NCBI GenBank assembly: GCA_951406725.2
Contig: OX597825.1
Span: forward strand, 64,542,001-64,606,000
Source of the DNA: Octopus vulgaris
Taxonomy: Eukaryota
DNA: 64,000 bases
Direction: 5' to 3'
This document shows, one piece after another, positions 28,042-40,135 of the stretch (position 1 is its first letter; every line of letters starts with the position of its first letter). The notes below the pieces were generated by a model, which searched no databases, was not told the DNA's origin, and saw only the letters and a list, made by a program, of their open reading frames with translations. A program made the position numbers and the translations under genes.

Positions 28042-28189
28042 TTATTTGGACATGTTTACATGCGTTTGTGTTTACATGTGTGTGTGTGTGGGGGGGGGGG
28101 GGAATTATAGTAAGAAATTAGGTTGTGCGGTAATTGGTAATATATTGAGTCTACAGTACAAATAAGTGTCTTACGAAAATGTCCGTGGA

Positions 28190-29479
28190 ACTTAAATGAT
28201 AAATTTAATTTCAGAAATTTTCTCAGAGAGAAAGCTGCCACTGAATGGTCGTGCAGAGGTGGGGAATTCATACATATCTTCCGTCATCAACTACCGCCTT
28301 ACTGTCGTCCCTCGCCCAGCATCCAAGCTGATGAAGCTGAAGTGCTTGCTTTTCCGTTTTCTCTGTTCCGCTCGGCACACGATTCATCTGCTGTTAGCAG
28401 CCGCTGAGCGGAGGACTAGATATGCTGTGACTACTGATCTTTAAAAAAAATTCGACAGGTGTTGAGGCTACCACATCTCCAGCATTTCGTTAATGGTGAG
28501 CAGGTGTGGTTAACGTTTATCAGACAGAGTTTTCCACAGCTGCTCCCATTGACAGAACTTCTGTCCTGGATTAACCGTATAGACCGAGAAGAGCGTATCA
28601 CACCTGGAGTGTCAGCAAGCGCTCACAGCTTTCTGCTAGTCGGGCTATGTGCTCGGTAAAACTTCCACATTTGAATTCTATAGGGTATTAGTAGCGTGCA
28701 AGAACGATAATGTTCTCAAGGAAACTCTGGGCGTCGGGAAGGATTAATCAGCTGCTCATTTCCGTATGACTTTCGAGCTGGGACCCTTGAATAATTTTCA
28801 GAAATGCCTCACCTGACAGTGATACCAGTGAGTTCTATTCGAGACAAGCTATACAGGCACGGAGTTACTGCTCTGTCCCAGATTTTCCCGGGGCGTTGAA
28901 ACCGTTCTGCAGTGAGCTTTATCGAACAGCTGCTGACGCAGGTAGGACGGATCCAGTTATCAATGAGAGCATCGTGAGGATGGTCCCGCCGCCTTCTTTT
29001 GACCAGGAAGGGAAAACAGTTTTCTTCTGTCTGGTGGCTATGATTAACCAAGAGGTAGTGTGGTGAACGAGATCGAAAGGGCTGAAGACAGATATTTTCC
29101 TCTTCAGCCATGCTCTCATTGACTTTTTCAAATTCAATTCTAAAAGGAAAGTGAGGGTAAAGAAGGAATTGCCACCCCTCAGTAACTTTGTTATAGGGTG
29201 GGTGAAAATGGCGAAGATGGCCCGTGTGAATACGCTTATTCTGAACATATGCTTGTAAACCAGAAGACTTGGGAAAGATAGGTGTGCCTGCTGAGTTGTC
29301 CAGGATGAGTGGAGTTCCCAGATGGACCTTCCTCCGTTTGGAAAATTTTATTGTTGAATTTTTATGGTTAAATGTTATTAACTGTTTACTCTTTACACAC
29401 ACTATATGTACATCTACTGTCCTTTGTGTTGAATCGTCCCTTCTTTTTGTGTGCGGCCCTTGTGGCAAATTAAGAAATA
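28190..29479 (+). pseudogene. Tx1/L1-clade LINE, 5'-truncated (ORF2 C-terminal region plus 3'UTR)
   Basis: ERKLPLNGRAEVGNSYISSVINYRLTVVP...LLFRFL, then RDKLYRHG (zf-RVT region) and FFKF..KGK..V. Ends in GGCCCTTGTGGCAAATTAAGAAATA followed by (TAT)n. Confidence 0.75.
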
Positions 29480-29541
29480 ATTATTATTATTATTGTTATT
29501 GTTATTATTGTTGTTGTTGTTATTGTTGTTGTTGTTATTGC

Positions 29542-29614
<73 letters not shown>
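29480..29614. repeat. (TAT/TGT)n microsatellite
   Basis: Read directly. Confidence 0.95.
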
Positions 29615-29616
<2 letters not shown>

Positions 29617-30624
29617 GGCGGTGAGCTTGTAAAATGCTTTGCGACGTTTCATTCGTCTACGTTTTGAGGTCAATACCCGCCGAGTTAGACTTTGCCTTTC
29701 ATCTTTTCGGAGTCGAAAAACACATACAAGTTGAACACTGGGCTCGATGTAATCGATTTACCCACCTCTTTGGAAATTGCTGGCATTGTGCCGAAATTTG
29801 AAATCATTATTATAGTTATTTCTAATCCTCACTACCACCACAACCACCACCATCATCATCATCATCATTATCTCATCACCGTCATTATTGTCCCTGCTGT
29901 TGTTTTTGTCGACTTTTTGTTTCTTGTAATTAAACAGTGAAAGGTTTCTAATAGGAATTCAATTACTTCCAATAATTAGAAGCAAATTATTTTAGAATCT
30001 AAGAAAATAATCTATAGTTCATTCACTTTACGATAATTAACATATATTCTAAAACAACAGCAAAAAGAAATGCTTTGGCCTTTTACTTTGCTACCTACCA
30101 TTCACACAAAATATAAACACATTTAAATCCGAGAAAAGCGGATTCCATACTCTCACACATTCATGATATAGAACTAATATGAAAATGAGATATCATTTCT
30201 ACTAAAGGCACAAGGTCTGAAATTGGGGCGCGGGGGAAAACTAGTCGATTACAGCTACTCCCAGTGTTTCGCTGGTACTTAATTTAACGACCCCGAAAAC
30301 ATGTTTTACAATGTTTAGTTACATAAATTCTTGAAATTTTTGAAAATGAGTCATAACGTTGACAACCTAGATCTGTCGAGTAGATAGAATGGGGACAAAA
30401 ATGAAGACAAATCAGCCAATAAAATGACAGTAGTAGCAGCTGCCGGAAGTGCTACACAGTAGGACTGAAACCGATACCATGTGGCCCAGAAGGAAGCATC
30501 CTACTGCATAGCCACACCTCAATACACAAAAAGCCTGTGAAATGGGATACGTATAATTAGATCAATTTTTATCTTAGGTTTGCTCGACCACAAGCGACTT
30601 AGATTTAAACAACAACAATTTTTC

Positions 30625-31050
30625 CTACTATGGGTAGAAGGCCTGAAACTGTTGGAGAGGGCCTCGTTAGGTTTTATCGACTCCAGCACATGGATGGTAC
30701 GTTTTTATCGACATCGAAATGATGAAAGGCGAAGTGGAACTCGGCGAAATTTGAACTCTTACAATCAAGACGGACATAATGCCATTGTGCATATAGTCCG
30801 GCGTGCTAACTATTCTTCTTTCGTTATTCCTCACAAGGGGCTAAACATAGAGGAGACAAACAAGGACAGACAAAGGGATTAACTCGATTACATCGACCCC
30901 AGTGCGTAACTGGTACTTATTTAATCGACCCCGAAAGGAGGAAAGGCAAAGTCGACCTCGGCGGAATTTGAACTCAGAACATAACGGCAGACGAAATACG
31001 GCTACGCATTTCGCCCGGCGTGCTAACGATTCTGCCAGCTCACCGCCTTA
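30625..31050 (-). mobile_element. SINE B dimer (young tail-1 unit joined to an old tail-2 unit)
   Basis: Junction at about 30816, at the GCTAAC...TTCT site. Confidence 0.85.
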
Positions 31051-31866
31051 ACAATCGCAATAATAATTGCTTCAGATTTTGACAAAAGGTCAGCAATTTC
31101 GAGATATGGAGGAAGTCGAGTACAACGACCCCAGTGCTCAACTGGTACTTATTTCATCGACCCAGAACGGACGAATGACAAAGGCGATTTCGGCGGAATA
31201 ATACCAATAATAAAAATGAAAAATATTTTAATAAGATATATTCCTTACACGAAACACTGCTTCTACATTTTTAATAAAACACCAAATTCTGTTTTCAGTA
31301 CGTGATCCTTCCGCTGGATGGTTGTGAAAATTTTCTACATATTTCGAAATAACAATATATTAGTTAAACTATTATCTAATTCGTCTTAATATAATTAATT
31401 GTACGAAAAATAACCTTACTAATTAAGGAGAAAATTAATATTCCTATTCTGTGAGTTAGGTAAATTCCCTTCGCAATATGCACGATGAATTGTTAATTTC
31501 CGAGTATCTAATCTACATGCAGTCTCATACACATACATTTGTATACAGGAGTAGCTTTGTGGTAAGAAGTTTGTTTCCCAAACGTAAAAGGCATAGAGAG
31601 ACAGACAGACAGACAGATGGAGAGACAGACAGCAACTCACAGAAAGATTTTGCGACCTAAAACTTAAGCTATTTCTCGCTTGAAATTATATTTTTTGATT
31701 ATTATTTATCAAAAACGTTCTCTTTGGGAAGCAGATTTCGAAAACCGAATTTTTTTTTTTAGGATACACCATGCCAAAGCCTTTGAGGGCTATGTACACA
31801 TACATATATACATACATGCATACATGCATACACACATACATTCTCATATATATATATATATATATA

Positions 31867-32247
31867 CGAGCAAAACGCCCCCCGTCCAATGGACGGTGGT
31901 GAGTTGTCAAACATTTAAACTAACTTTTCTCAAAAGAACTTCTCCGACCGTCCCATAGGCCTCCCCTTTGAGAAACACTGATTTAACCTAAATTTGAGAC
32001 ACCAGCAGAAGAAATAAAGATACATCTTTTTTCTATTCCAAAGATAAACAATTTCCCATGGCTTTATCGATCGTATTCTCACCTGGAATCGATTTTTGTA
32101 ATTTTTTCAAGACTTATGCACGCCCTGATACCGTCGGTATCCACATATCAAATTTAAGCGCAATTGGATGGAGGATGCCCGAGATCCTAGAAGCCACACA
32201 CACCCACATACAAACACACACAGACAGCACGGATTTTATATAAGAGA
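31867..32247 (-). mobile_element. Non-autonomous Helitron-type element
   Basis: The minus strand begins A|TCTCTTATATAAAA..(TG)n and ends with hairpin CCGTCCATTGGACGG then CTCG|T. Confidence 0.7.
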
Positions 32248-32494
32248 TATATAATCCATATTAAATTGCGAGGAGAAAATGGTGAGTTAGTGGTTAATAT
32301 TTATTTATTAATAAACTAATAATCATTTCTTTCTACAGCTGTTTACATTTGTACTCATTGAATAAATTACAAATTTATGCATTACTTTGGATTTATACGT
32401 TATGAGGGAAATATCATAAGGGTAAAGTTAGACATTAAAAAGTTACATGTTAACCTATCTGTTCATTCCAACAGACTAAATATATGGAATTCTT

Positions 32495-32880
32495 TTATTC
32501 TTTATTATTTTACTTGTTTCAGTCATTTGACTGCGGCCATGTTGGAGCACCGCCTTTAGTCGATCAAATCGACCCCGGGACTTATTCTATCGCTCTCTTT
32601 TGCCGAACCGCTAAGTGACAGGGACGTAAACACACCAGCATCGGTTGTCAAGCAATGCCAGGGGGACAAACACAGACACACAAACACATACACAAACACA
32701 CGCACACATATATACATATATACGACAGGCTTCTTTCAGTTTCCGTCTACCAAATCCACTCACAAGGCATTGGTCGGCCCGAGGCTATGGCAGAAGACAC
32801 TTGCCCAAGATGCCACGCAGTGGGACTGAACCCGGAACCATGTGGTTGGTTAGCAAGCTACTTACCACACAGCCACTCCT
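32495..32880 (-). mobile_element. SINE family A
   Basis: Near full-length match to the family. Confidence 0.9.
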
Positions 32881-33135
32881 TGTATTTTTTTTTATTCATG
32901 TATGTGCGTGAGGATTAACGGATTAATTTGACTATTACAGTAAAATAAAAGTGTAAGATAAAACAAAAAATTAAAACGAAAATATTTTAATTTTCTAATT
33001 TTATGTTGAGTAATTATATTTCCCAAAGACATAAGGTGTTTTCTTGGGGATAATGATCCGTTTAAGAGTTTAATATGTCCACTAATTAAGTTATATTTAT
33101 ATGTGTGTGTGTATGTATATATGTATGCATGTATG

Positions 33136-33183
<48 letters not shown>

Positions 33184-33238
33184 ATATACCTATGTATATA
33201 TTTTTGTGTGTGTGCGACATATGTGTGTGAAGTGTGTG

Positions 33239-33281
<43 letters not shown>

Positions 33282-33284
<3 letters not shown>

Positions 33285-33447
33285 CGCAGGAGTGGCTGTG
33301 TGGTAAGTAGCTCGCTTACCAAACACATGGTTCCGGGTTCATTACCACTGCGTGGCATCTTGGGCAAGTGTCTTCTGCTATAGCCTCGGGCCGACCAATG
33401 CCTTGTGAGTGGATTTGGTAGACGGAAACTGAAAGAAGCCTGTCGTA

Positions 33448-33498
<51 letters not shown>

Positions 33499-33720
33499 AT
33501 GTTTGTGTGTCTGTGTTTGCCCCCCCCCCCACCATCGCTTGACGACCGATGCTGGTGTGTTTACGTCTCCGTAACTTAGCGGTTCGGCAAAAGAGACCGA
33601 TAGAATAAGTACTGGGCTTAGAAAGAATAAGTCCCGGGGTCGATTTGCTCGACTAAAGGTGGTGCTCCAGCATGGCCGCAGTCACATGACTGAAACAAGT
33701 AAAAGAGTGTAAAAGAGAGT
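33282..33720 (+). mobile_element. SINE family A, full length
   Basis: Runs from GGCGCAGGAGTGGCTGTGTGG to GAAACAAGTAAAAGAG. Confidence 0.93.
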
Positions 33721-34395
33721 AATATATATATATTATAGATATTATATATATACATATATATTCCACATATTATTATCTATTAATGTGTGTGTATATATAT
33801 GTGTGTATATATATATATGTATGAGCAAACACATGTACATATATTTAGGTATGTATATGTACGCAGATGTACAGACTCATTTATATACACATACGCACTC
33901 ACATAGAGTCGATTTTAAACTATTATAAGCACATAAAATTGAATCAATAGGGACATCTTCATTGCGGTTATCGCTGTTTATGAGCTCATAATTTTATATC
34001 TCATTGACTGACATCAGTACGCATCAGCAAAAACAAAATGCATTCTAACAACAGAATCCAAAATACTTGTCTAGATTCAGTGATGTTAAAGGAGAGCAAT
34101 TATTGTACAAGCAAAATGAGGTAGAAACAACAGTGTCTCAAAGACCCTACCCTCCACCCTACTACTTCGTTGAATCAACTGTATTTGTAACATATCGTTT
34201 GAATAGGAAATCTGTTCACCGGATGTGAAATACAATGACTGGCGTATTCATGCTCCAAACTGACAGAACGTATAAGAATGAACATTGACAGAGACAGTTT
34301 GATTCTCGCTGTTTTAGGCTCTCATAAACATTTACTACACACTCATATTTATGTATACATACTTACAAATATACATACGTACGTATATATATATA

Positions 34396-35235
34396 TAGGG
34401 TGGCCCAAAAGTCACTGAGGCGTTTCAATCTTTAATAACTTACTCAACTTTACAAATAAATGCATGAAATTTTGATACATTATAAAGGACCTAATGGAAA
34501 TTCATATGCACGAGTCAAATTTTACAGCACCACTACATCACATATGAAAAAGGAAATTGCTTAAATGGCAACCATTTTCGGATTCGCACGGCCGTACACT
34601 TTCCAGAACTTGCACCATAACATCCTCAAGAAATTCGTACCCCAATTCGCTGATATCTCTATTGATATTCTCCTTCAGTTGCACCAGGGTCCCCGGTTTG
34701 TTGACGTGAACGCTCTCTTTCAGGTATCTCCACAAGAAAAATCCCAGCTAGTCAAGTCAGGGGAACGTGGAGGCCGGTTGACATTGCCGTGGCAGATTAT
34801 TCTCTCTCCAAAGCATCGTCATAGCAAGCAACTGCATTGTTTCTCTTGTGGTATGAGCATTTGCCCCATCTTGCTGGAACAATGTGTGAGGTCTACTTTG
34901 AATGGCCGGGCGCAAAACTTTCTCAGTCTTGGATACCTGAAAGAGATACCCTGCAACTGAAGGGGAACATCAATTCAGAAATCAGCGAATTGGGGTCTGA
35001 AATTCTTGAGGGTGTTATGGAGCAAATTTTGGAGCACGGGCGTGCGAAGCCGAAAATGGCTGCCATTTAAGCGATATAATTTTTTATATGTGATGTAGCG
35101 GTGTTGCAAAATTTGATTCGTGCATATTAATTTCCATTATATCCTTTATATTGTATCAAGTTTTCATGCATATATTGGTATAGTTAAAGAAGTTGTTAAA
35201 AACTGAAACCCATCAGTTACTTTTGGGACACACTG
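34396..35235. mobile_element. Fold-back Tc1/mariner derivative (rosa/DD41D-like) with about 300-bp inverted arms
   Basis: TA-flanked ends AGGGTGGCCCAAAAGT and ACTTTTGGGACACACTG. The left arm encodes, on the minus strand, FQQDG...PPRSPDLT..GFFLWRYLKE...LVQLKENI..CESENGCHL. The right arm repeats the same C-terminus on the plus strand. Confidence 0.8.
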
Positions 35236-35273
<38 letters not shown>

Positions 35274-35292
35274 AACTCGTGGACGACGGGAC

Positions 35293-35336
<44 letters not shown>

Positions 35337-35597
35337 GTCCCGTCGTCCACGAGCTCCTATAGGGCCTCGATGAAGACCGTAGACCAACGGGTATGCCAGG
35401 GACATGCAGCGTCGAGGAAGCGATCCTTCCACTCTGAACAAGACTGAGGTCTTCCCTCGACATGTGGCTGGGAATCGGCCACGGACCGCCCTGACACTTG
35501 ATGACTCTCACGAGTCCTTTTGGCCAGGGCCACCTTCTTGGATCCTACCTGTTTGACTGTTTGTCCGGTAGGAACCGTGCAATGGCTACATTGATTC

Positions 35598-35727
35598 ACA
35601 AAATTTGACTAGTGCACATTAGTTTCCGTTATGTCCTTTATATTGTATCAAATTTTCATGCATTTATTTGTATAGCTAAGGAAGTTGTTGAAAATTGAAA
35701 CCTATCCGGTACTTTTGGGACACTCTG
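35598..35727 (+). mobile_element. Third copy of the same transposon end
   Basis: AAAATTTGACTAGTGCAC...ACTTTTGGGACACTCTG|TA parallels 35108-35235. Confidence 0.8.
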
Positions 35728-35795
<68 letters not shown>

Positions 35796-36110
35796 CATAC
35801 GTGTGATTGTGTCTCTGTGTTTGTGTGTGTTAGCGTTTTCTGTGTCAGTTATGAAGCGGTGACGAGAGAAAATTCTGTAAATATAATTAGCTAAATCTTA
35901 TAGGCGTACACCGTAAATTGGTTGTAGAAAATATCTAATACTGAAACATATGAGCCCTTGACAAAAAAAAATCATGGGTATTATATTATCGAAAGATGTA
36001 AATATCAGTTTCGATGTTAGCAATATTATTCTTCCGAAGAAATTCTCACATTATTTTTTTCCACCCAAGTCTCACAGATAGTCCGTTGCCTTAATAGTCA
36101 TTGCGTATGT

Positions 36111-36499
36111 GTGGAGGCGCAATGGCCTAGTGGTTAGGGCAGCGGACTCGCGGTCGTAGGATCGCGGTTTCGATTCCCAGACCGGGCGTTGTGAGTGTTT
36201 ATTGAGCGAAAACACCTAAAGCTCCACGAGGCTCCGGCAGGGATGGTGGTGATCCCTGCTGTACTCTTTCACCACAACTTTCTCTCGCTCTTACTTACTG
36301 TTTCTGTTGTACCTGTATTTCAAAGGGCCGGCCTTGTCACTCTCTGTGTCACGCTGAATATCCCCGAGAACTACGTTAAGGGTACACGTGTCAGTGGAAT
36401 ACTCAGCCACTTACACGTTAATTTCACGAGCAGGCTGTTCCGTTGATCGGATCAACCGGAACGCTCGTCGTCGTAACCGACGGAGTGCTTCCATCCATC
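36111..36499 (+). mobile_element. SINE family C, full length, 12-bp TSD
   Basis: tRNA-like head GGAGGCGCAATGGCCTAGTGGTTAGGG..GGTTTCGATTCCC. CATTGCGTATGT occurs at 36099-36110 and 36500-36511. Confidence 0.93.
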
Positions 36500-37614
36500 C
36501 ATTGCGTATGTAAATGTTACGCACTCGGGAGAGCCTTGCTGGAAACTTCTAAAAAATGAGGTCGTTGTTTACAAACTATTATATTATGCTTTGAAAGTGC
36601 TGGTTATTTATGTTTCATCTTTCCTGTTAACATGCTTTTTATCTTTTTCCTTTCTTTCTGTTATTTGGCCTCGACCATCCAGGAGCACTGTTTTGAAGGT
36701 CTTTAGTTGAACAAATTCACCGTAGGACATTTTTGTAAGTCTAATACTTATTCTATTAGTGTCTTTTGCCGAACCGCTAGATTACGGGGACGCAAACACA
36801 TCAATATTAGTTGTCATGCGGTGACGGGGACAAATACAGACACGAATTCACATGCACACATACACACACATTCATACATGCATACATACATATACACACA
36901 GACAAACGCGCGCACACACACATATATTTATTTATTTATATATACACTCGATGAGTTTCGTTCAGTTTCCTGCTTCCAGATCAACTGACAAGACTTTGGT
37001 GCCCAAGGTGCCACGAAATGGGACTGAACCCGGAACTATGGGACTGGAAAGCAAGCTTCTTACCAGACAACCACCTCTGTGCCCATAGTTACTTTTCATT
37101 TTTGTGCTTCCCTACAACAGGAGAAAGCTAATTCTTCAATGCCCAGACTCTAGACATTGCTTTAAATTGTAAAAATGCATAGAGGGAATTTTACTGCTGC
37201 AAATTGTGAAAGGATTGAGACCGAAAGTCCCGCGTTCGATAACCCACATTCTGTAATTAGAGCATAACCTTTTACCATAACCTCGAGTAGTATTGAGCCT
37301 TATGTTGTTAGGGGATAAAAACTGTCTTAATCTAGGAAGATGGGTTGTTGGTGTATTACAAAATGCCTGCTTTGTCATACATTGTCTCACGCTGATTCTT
37401 TCCGAGAATTACGTTCGGAAAAACGCGTTTGCGTGATACTCTTCCATTAAATCCTTCGGAAGAGTATTGAGCAAACCCGTTTTGATGGAACTATTGAAAC
37501 CTTGATCGTCGAAACCGAACAAGGTCCTTGTATTTCTCATCGTGTAAAGGTGTACTAGAATCACTAGATTGCTTATCCAGCTAAGCAGATGAAATTGTAG
37601 AACTGGCAGAATAG

Positions 37615-37949
37615 TGACACCCTTCGGTCAGACACTGAACATGGGTTTGCACCTAGAGAGTTACTCTCTGAGGCACAAGTCTGGGCAAGGTTGTTTCATG
37701 GAAGACCAGCAGTCGCCCATGCATACCGGCCTCCCCTCTCCACGTCACCGATGTTGTCCAAGGGAAAGGCAAGGGCCGATACAGCTTGACACCTGTGACG
37801 TCGCAACTCATTTCTACAGCTGAGTGAACTGGAGCAACGTGAAATAAAGTGTCTTGCTCAAGAACACAACACGCAGCCCGGTCAAGGATTCGAGCTCACA
37901 ACCTCACGATCGTAAGCTCGACGCTCTAACCACTGAGTCACGCGCCTTC
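37615..37949 (-). mobile_element. SINE, D-type head with long tail, 13-bp TSD
   Basis: ACTGGCAGAATAG at 37602-37614 and 37950-37962. Confidence 0.9.
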
Positions 37950-38264
37950 ACTGGCAGAATAGCTGAATAAAATAAGATGTTTCCTACGCTTTCATCACTC
38001 ACATATCAATAACAACGCTTACCAGACAGGAAAGGATAAGAGTCAGACATTTTTAACGTAAGTACAGGCCAGATAATGAGGTTAACAGAACTTAACACCA
38101 TTACTTCATATGACCTTCTGTCAAAGTCAAATGTGAAAACTTTACGTTCTATGTTCAAGCACAAGTATGGACTTCATGACTATCGTCTCTCCTGTGATTT
38201 CTGTTAGATACAGAAACAAAAGATATATACTGAAATATATTCGATTAACTGTATTACTCGATTT

Positions 38265-38463
38265 CTGAAATCCGCCGAGGTCGACTTTGCCTTTCATCCT
38301 TTCGGGGTCGATAAATAAAGTACCAGTTTCGCACTGGTATTGCCACAATATAAGGAATCAGATATAGCAAGAAATCGAGTGTGCACTTGGTACATGCAAA
38401 CTTAATCCCCTTGTCTGTTCTTGTTTGTCCCCTCTATGTTTAGCCCCTTGTGGCAGTAAAGAA

Positions 38464-38466
<3 letters not shown>
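38265..38466 (+). mobile_element. SINE B, truncated, carrying a 60-bp foreign insert
   Basis: The core and tail 1 are separated by 38338-38397, which also occurs at 39285-39344. Confidence 0.85.
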
Positions 38467-38530
<64 letters not shown>

Positions 38531-38838
38531 CTTTACTAACGCTCTGTGCATCTAGAATTAACAAAGGCGTCCCACTGATGAATCTGGCCTTAGCAAACAT
38601 ATTCTGTCTGTTTTGCTAGAAAGAGATAGAAACTGATCAGTCCGGGATATATCGTTAATGGTAAATGTTTTTGATTTTCACTCTCGATGAATTTATCCCT
38701 TTTTGTGTCCCTAGCACTAGGTTTCCTTATTTGGGAGCCCTTAATTATATTTCTATATGAATAATATTTTGTCAAATGACTAATTCGCCTTTTGTGCTAG
38801 GCCACTGGTAATAACAATCTATATTATTACCCTTTTTG

Positions 38839-38871
<33 letters not shown>

Positions 38872-39991
38872 CTCGATCTCTTTAATTTGTGATCCTGTGC
38901 AGACCTCATTCTTTAGTTTGTACTTTCCATTTTGCAATTCATCACAACGAGGTCATGTAAACAAACGGACCAATCTTGTACTATATTATTAGTCTTCAGT
39001 TATATTTCCTTTCCTATCTAAAATGTTTTATAGGATGTTAAATTATAGATATCTGAATCATCCTCAATATTTACTTCCCTTATACATTATTTTTACCAAA
39101 CCCGGAAGAATGAAAGCTAGATTGACCTCGGTGGCATTTGAAGTCAGGAAGTGGAGGAGTGTTATGAAAGAAGTGTAGGTATTTCTTCCGACTTTCTAAT
39201 GATTCTGCCAGTCCACTGCTCAAAGGTACTGGCATTGATTCAATCAACTACAAACCCTCCCACGTCTCTAATTAATTTTTGGCCTATTGCCACAATATAA
39301 GGAATCAGATATAGCAAGAAATCGAGTGTGCAGTTGGTACATGCGAAATTTTGGCGAGCCTACAGTGCAGTTTCAATTCTTAGACGACAGAAACTTCGCC
39401 AACTCCTTTAATGCTTTTTCCAGCTGGAATGAATATCCTTCTCTACTCTAGGTACAAGGCCCGAAATTTGGGGGAAGGGTGCCAGACGATTAGATCTATC
39501 CTAGTACGCATCTGGTACTTAATTTATCGACACCGAAAGGATGAAAGGCAAAGTCTACCTCGGTGGAATAGCTGGAATGAATATCGTAACATAATATTTA
39601 ACCTAAGCTAGTAGAATATAAGGACTGGGAATCCGAAAGATGGTGGCACGATGTTGATTCTAGGAGCCCCAGAAATAACCATCAAATCACCTTCAAAATA
39701 CGGGTGATGAGCGCACATTAAGTAAAGCACTCTGTGATATATTTGCTGATTACAAAATAAAAAGTGGGGTGTCATGGCTGGAACACCTTCGGCTATAGGT
39801 TTGCTGCATCAGAACCGGTTTAGTCGAAAGAATCTACCCGAATCTACCCCCAATACTTATACTTTTAAACCTGGTTCTTACTACCTGTCCTTTTGCCAAA
39901 CCACTTATCAAGCGATGGTGGAGGACAAACTCAGATACAAAGACACACCTGCATATATGTCTGTATGTATACATACATACATATATATATA

Positions 39992-39992
39992 T

Positions 39993-40075
<83 letters not shown>
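39992..40075. repeat. (GATA)n microsatellite
   Basis: Read directly. Confidence 0.97.
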
Positions 40076-40135
40076 TAGATATATATGTATATACACACAT
40101 ATATATATATATATATACACGCACACACACACACG

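Noticed and set aside
28809-29468. 219-aa minus-strand ORF
   Set aside because: It is antisense to the decayed Tx1-like LINE and has no recognisable domain.
34050-34230. About 59 open codons containing PYPPPYY
   Set aside because: No start codon, no convincing splice signals and no family similarity; expected by chance.
36111-36185. tRNA-like sequences with A and B boxes
   Set aside because: They continue into SINE bodies, several with TSDs, and I could not fold a complete cloverleaf. They are SINE heads, not tRNA genes.
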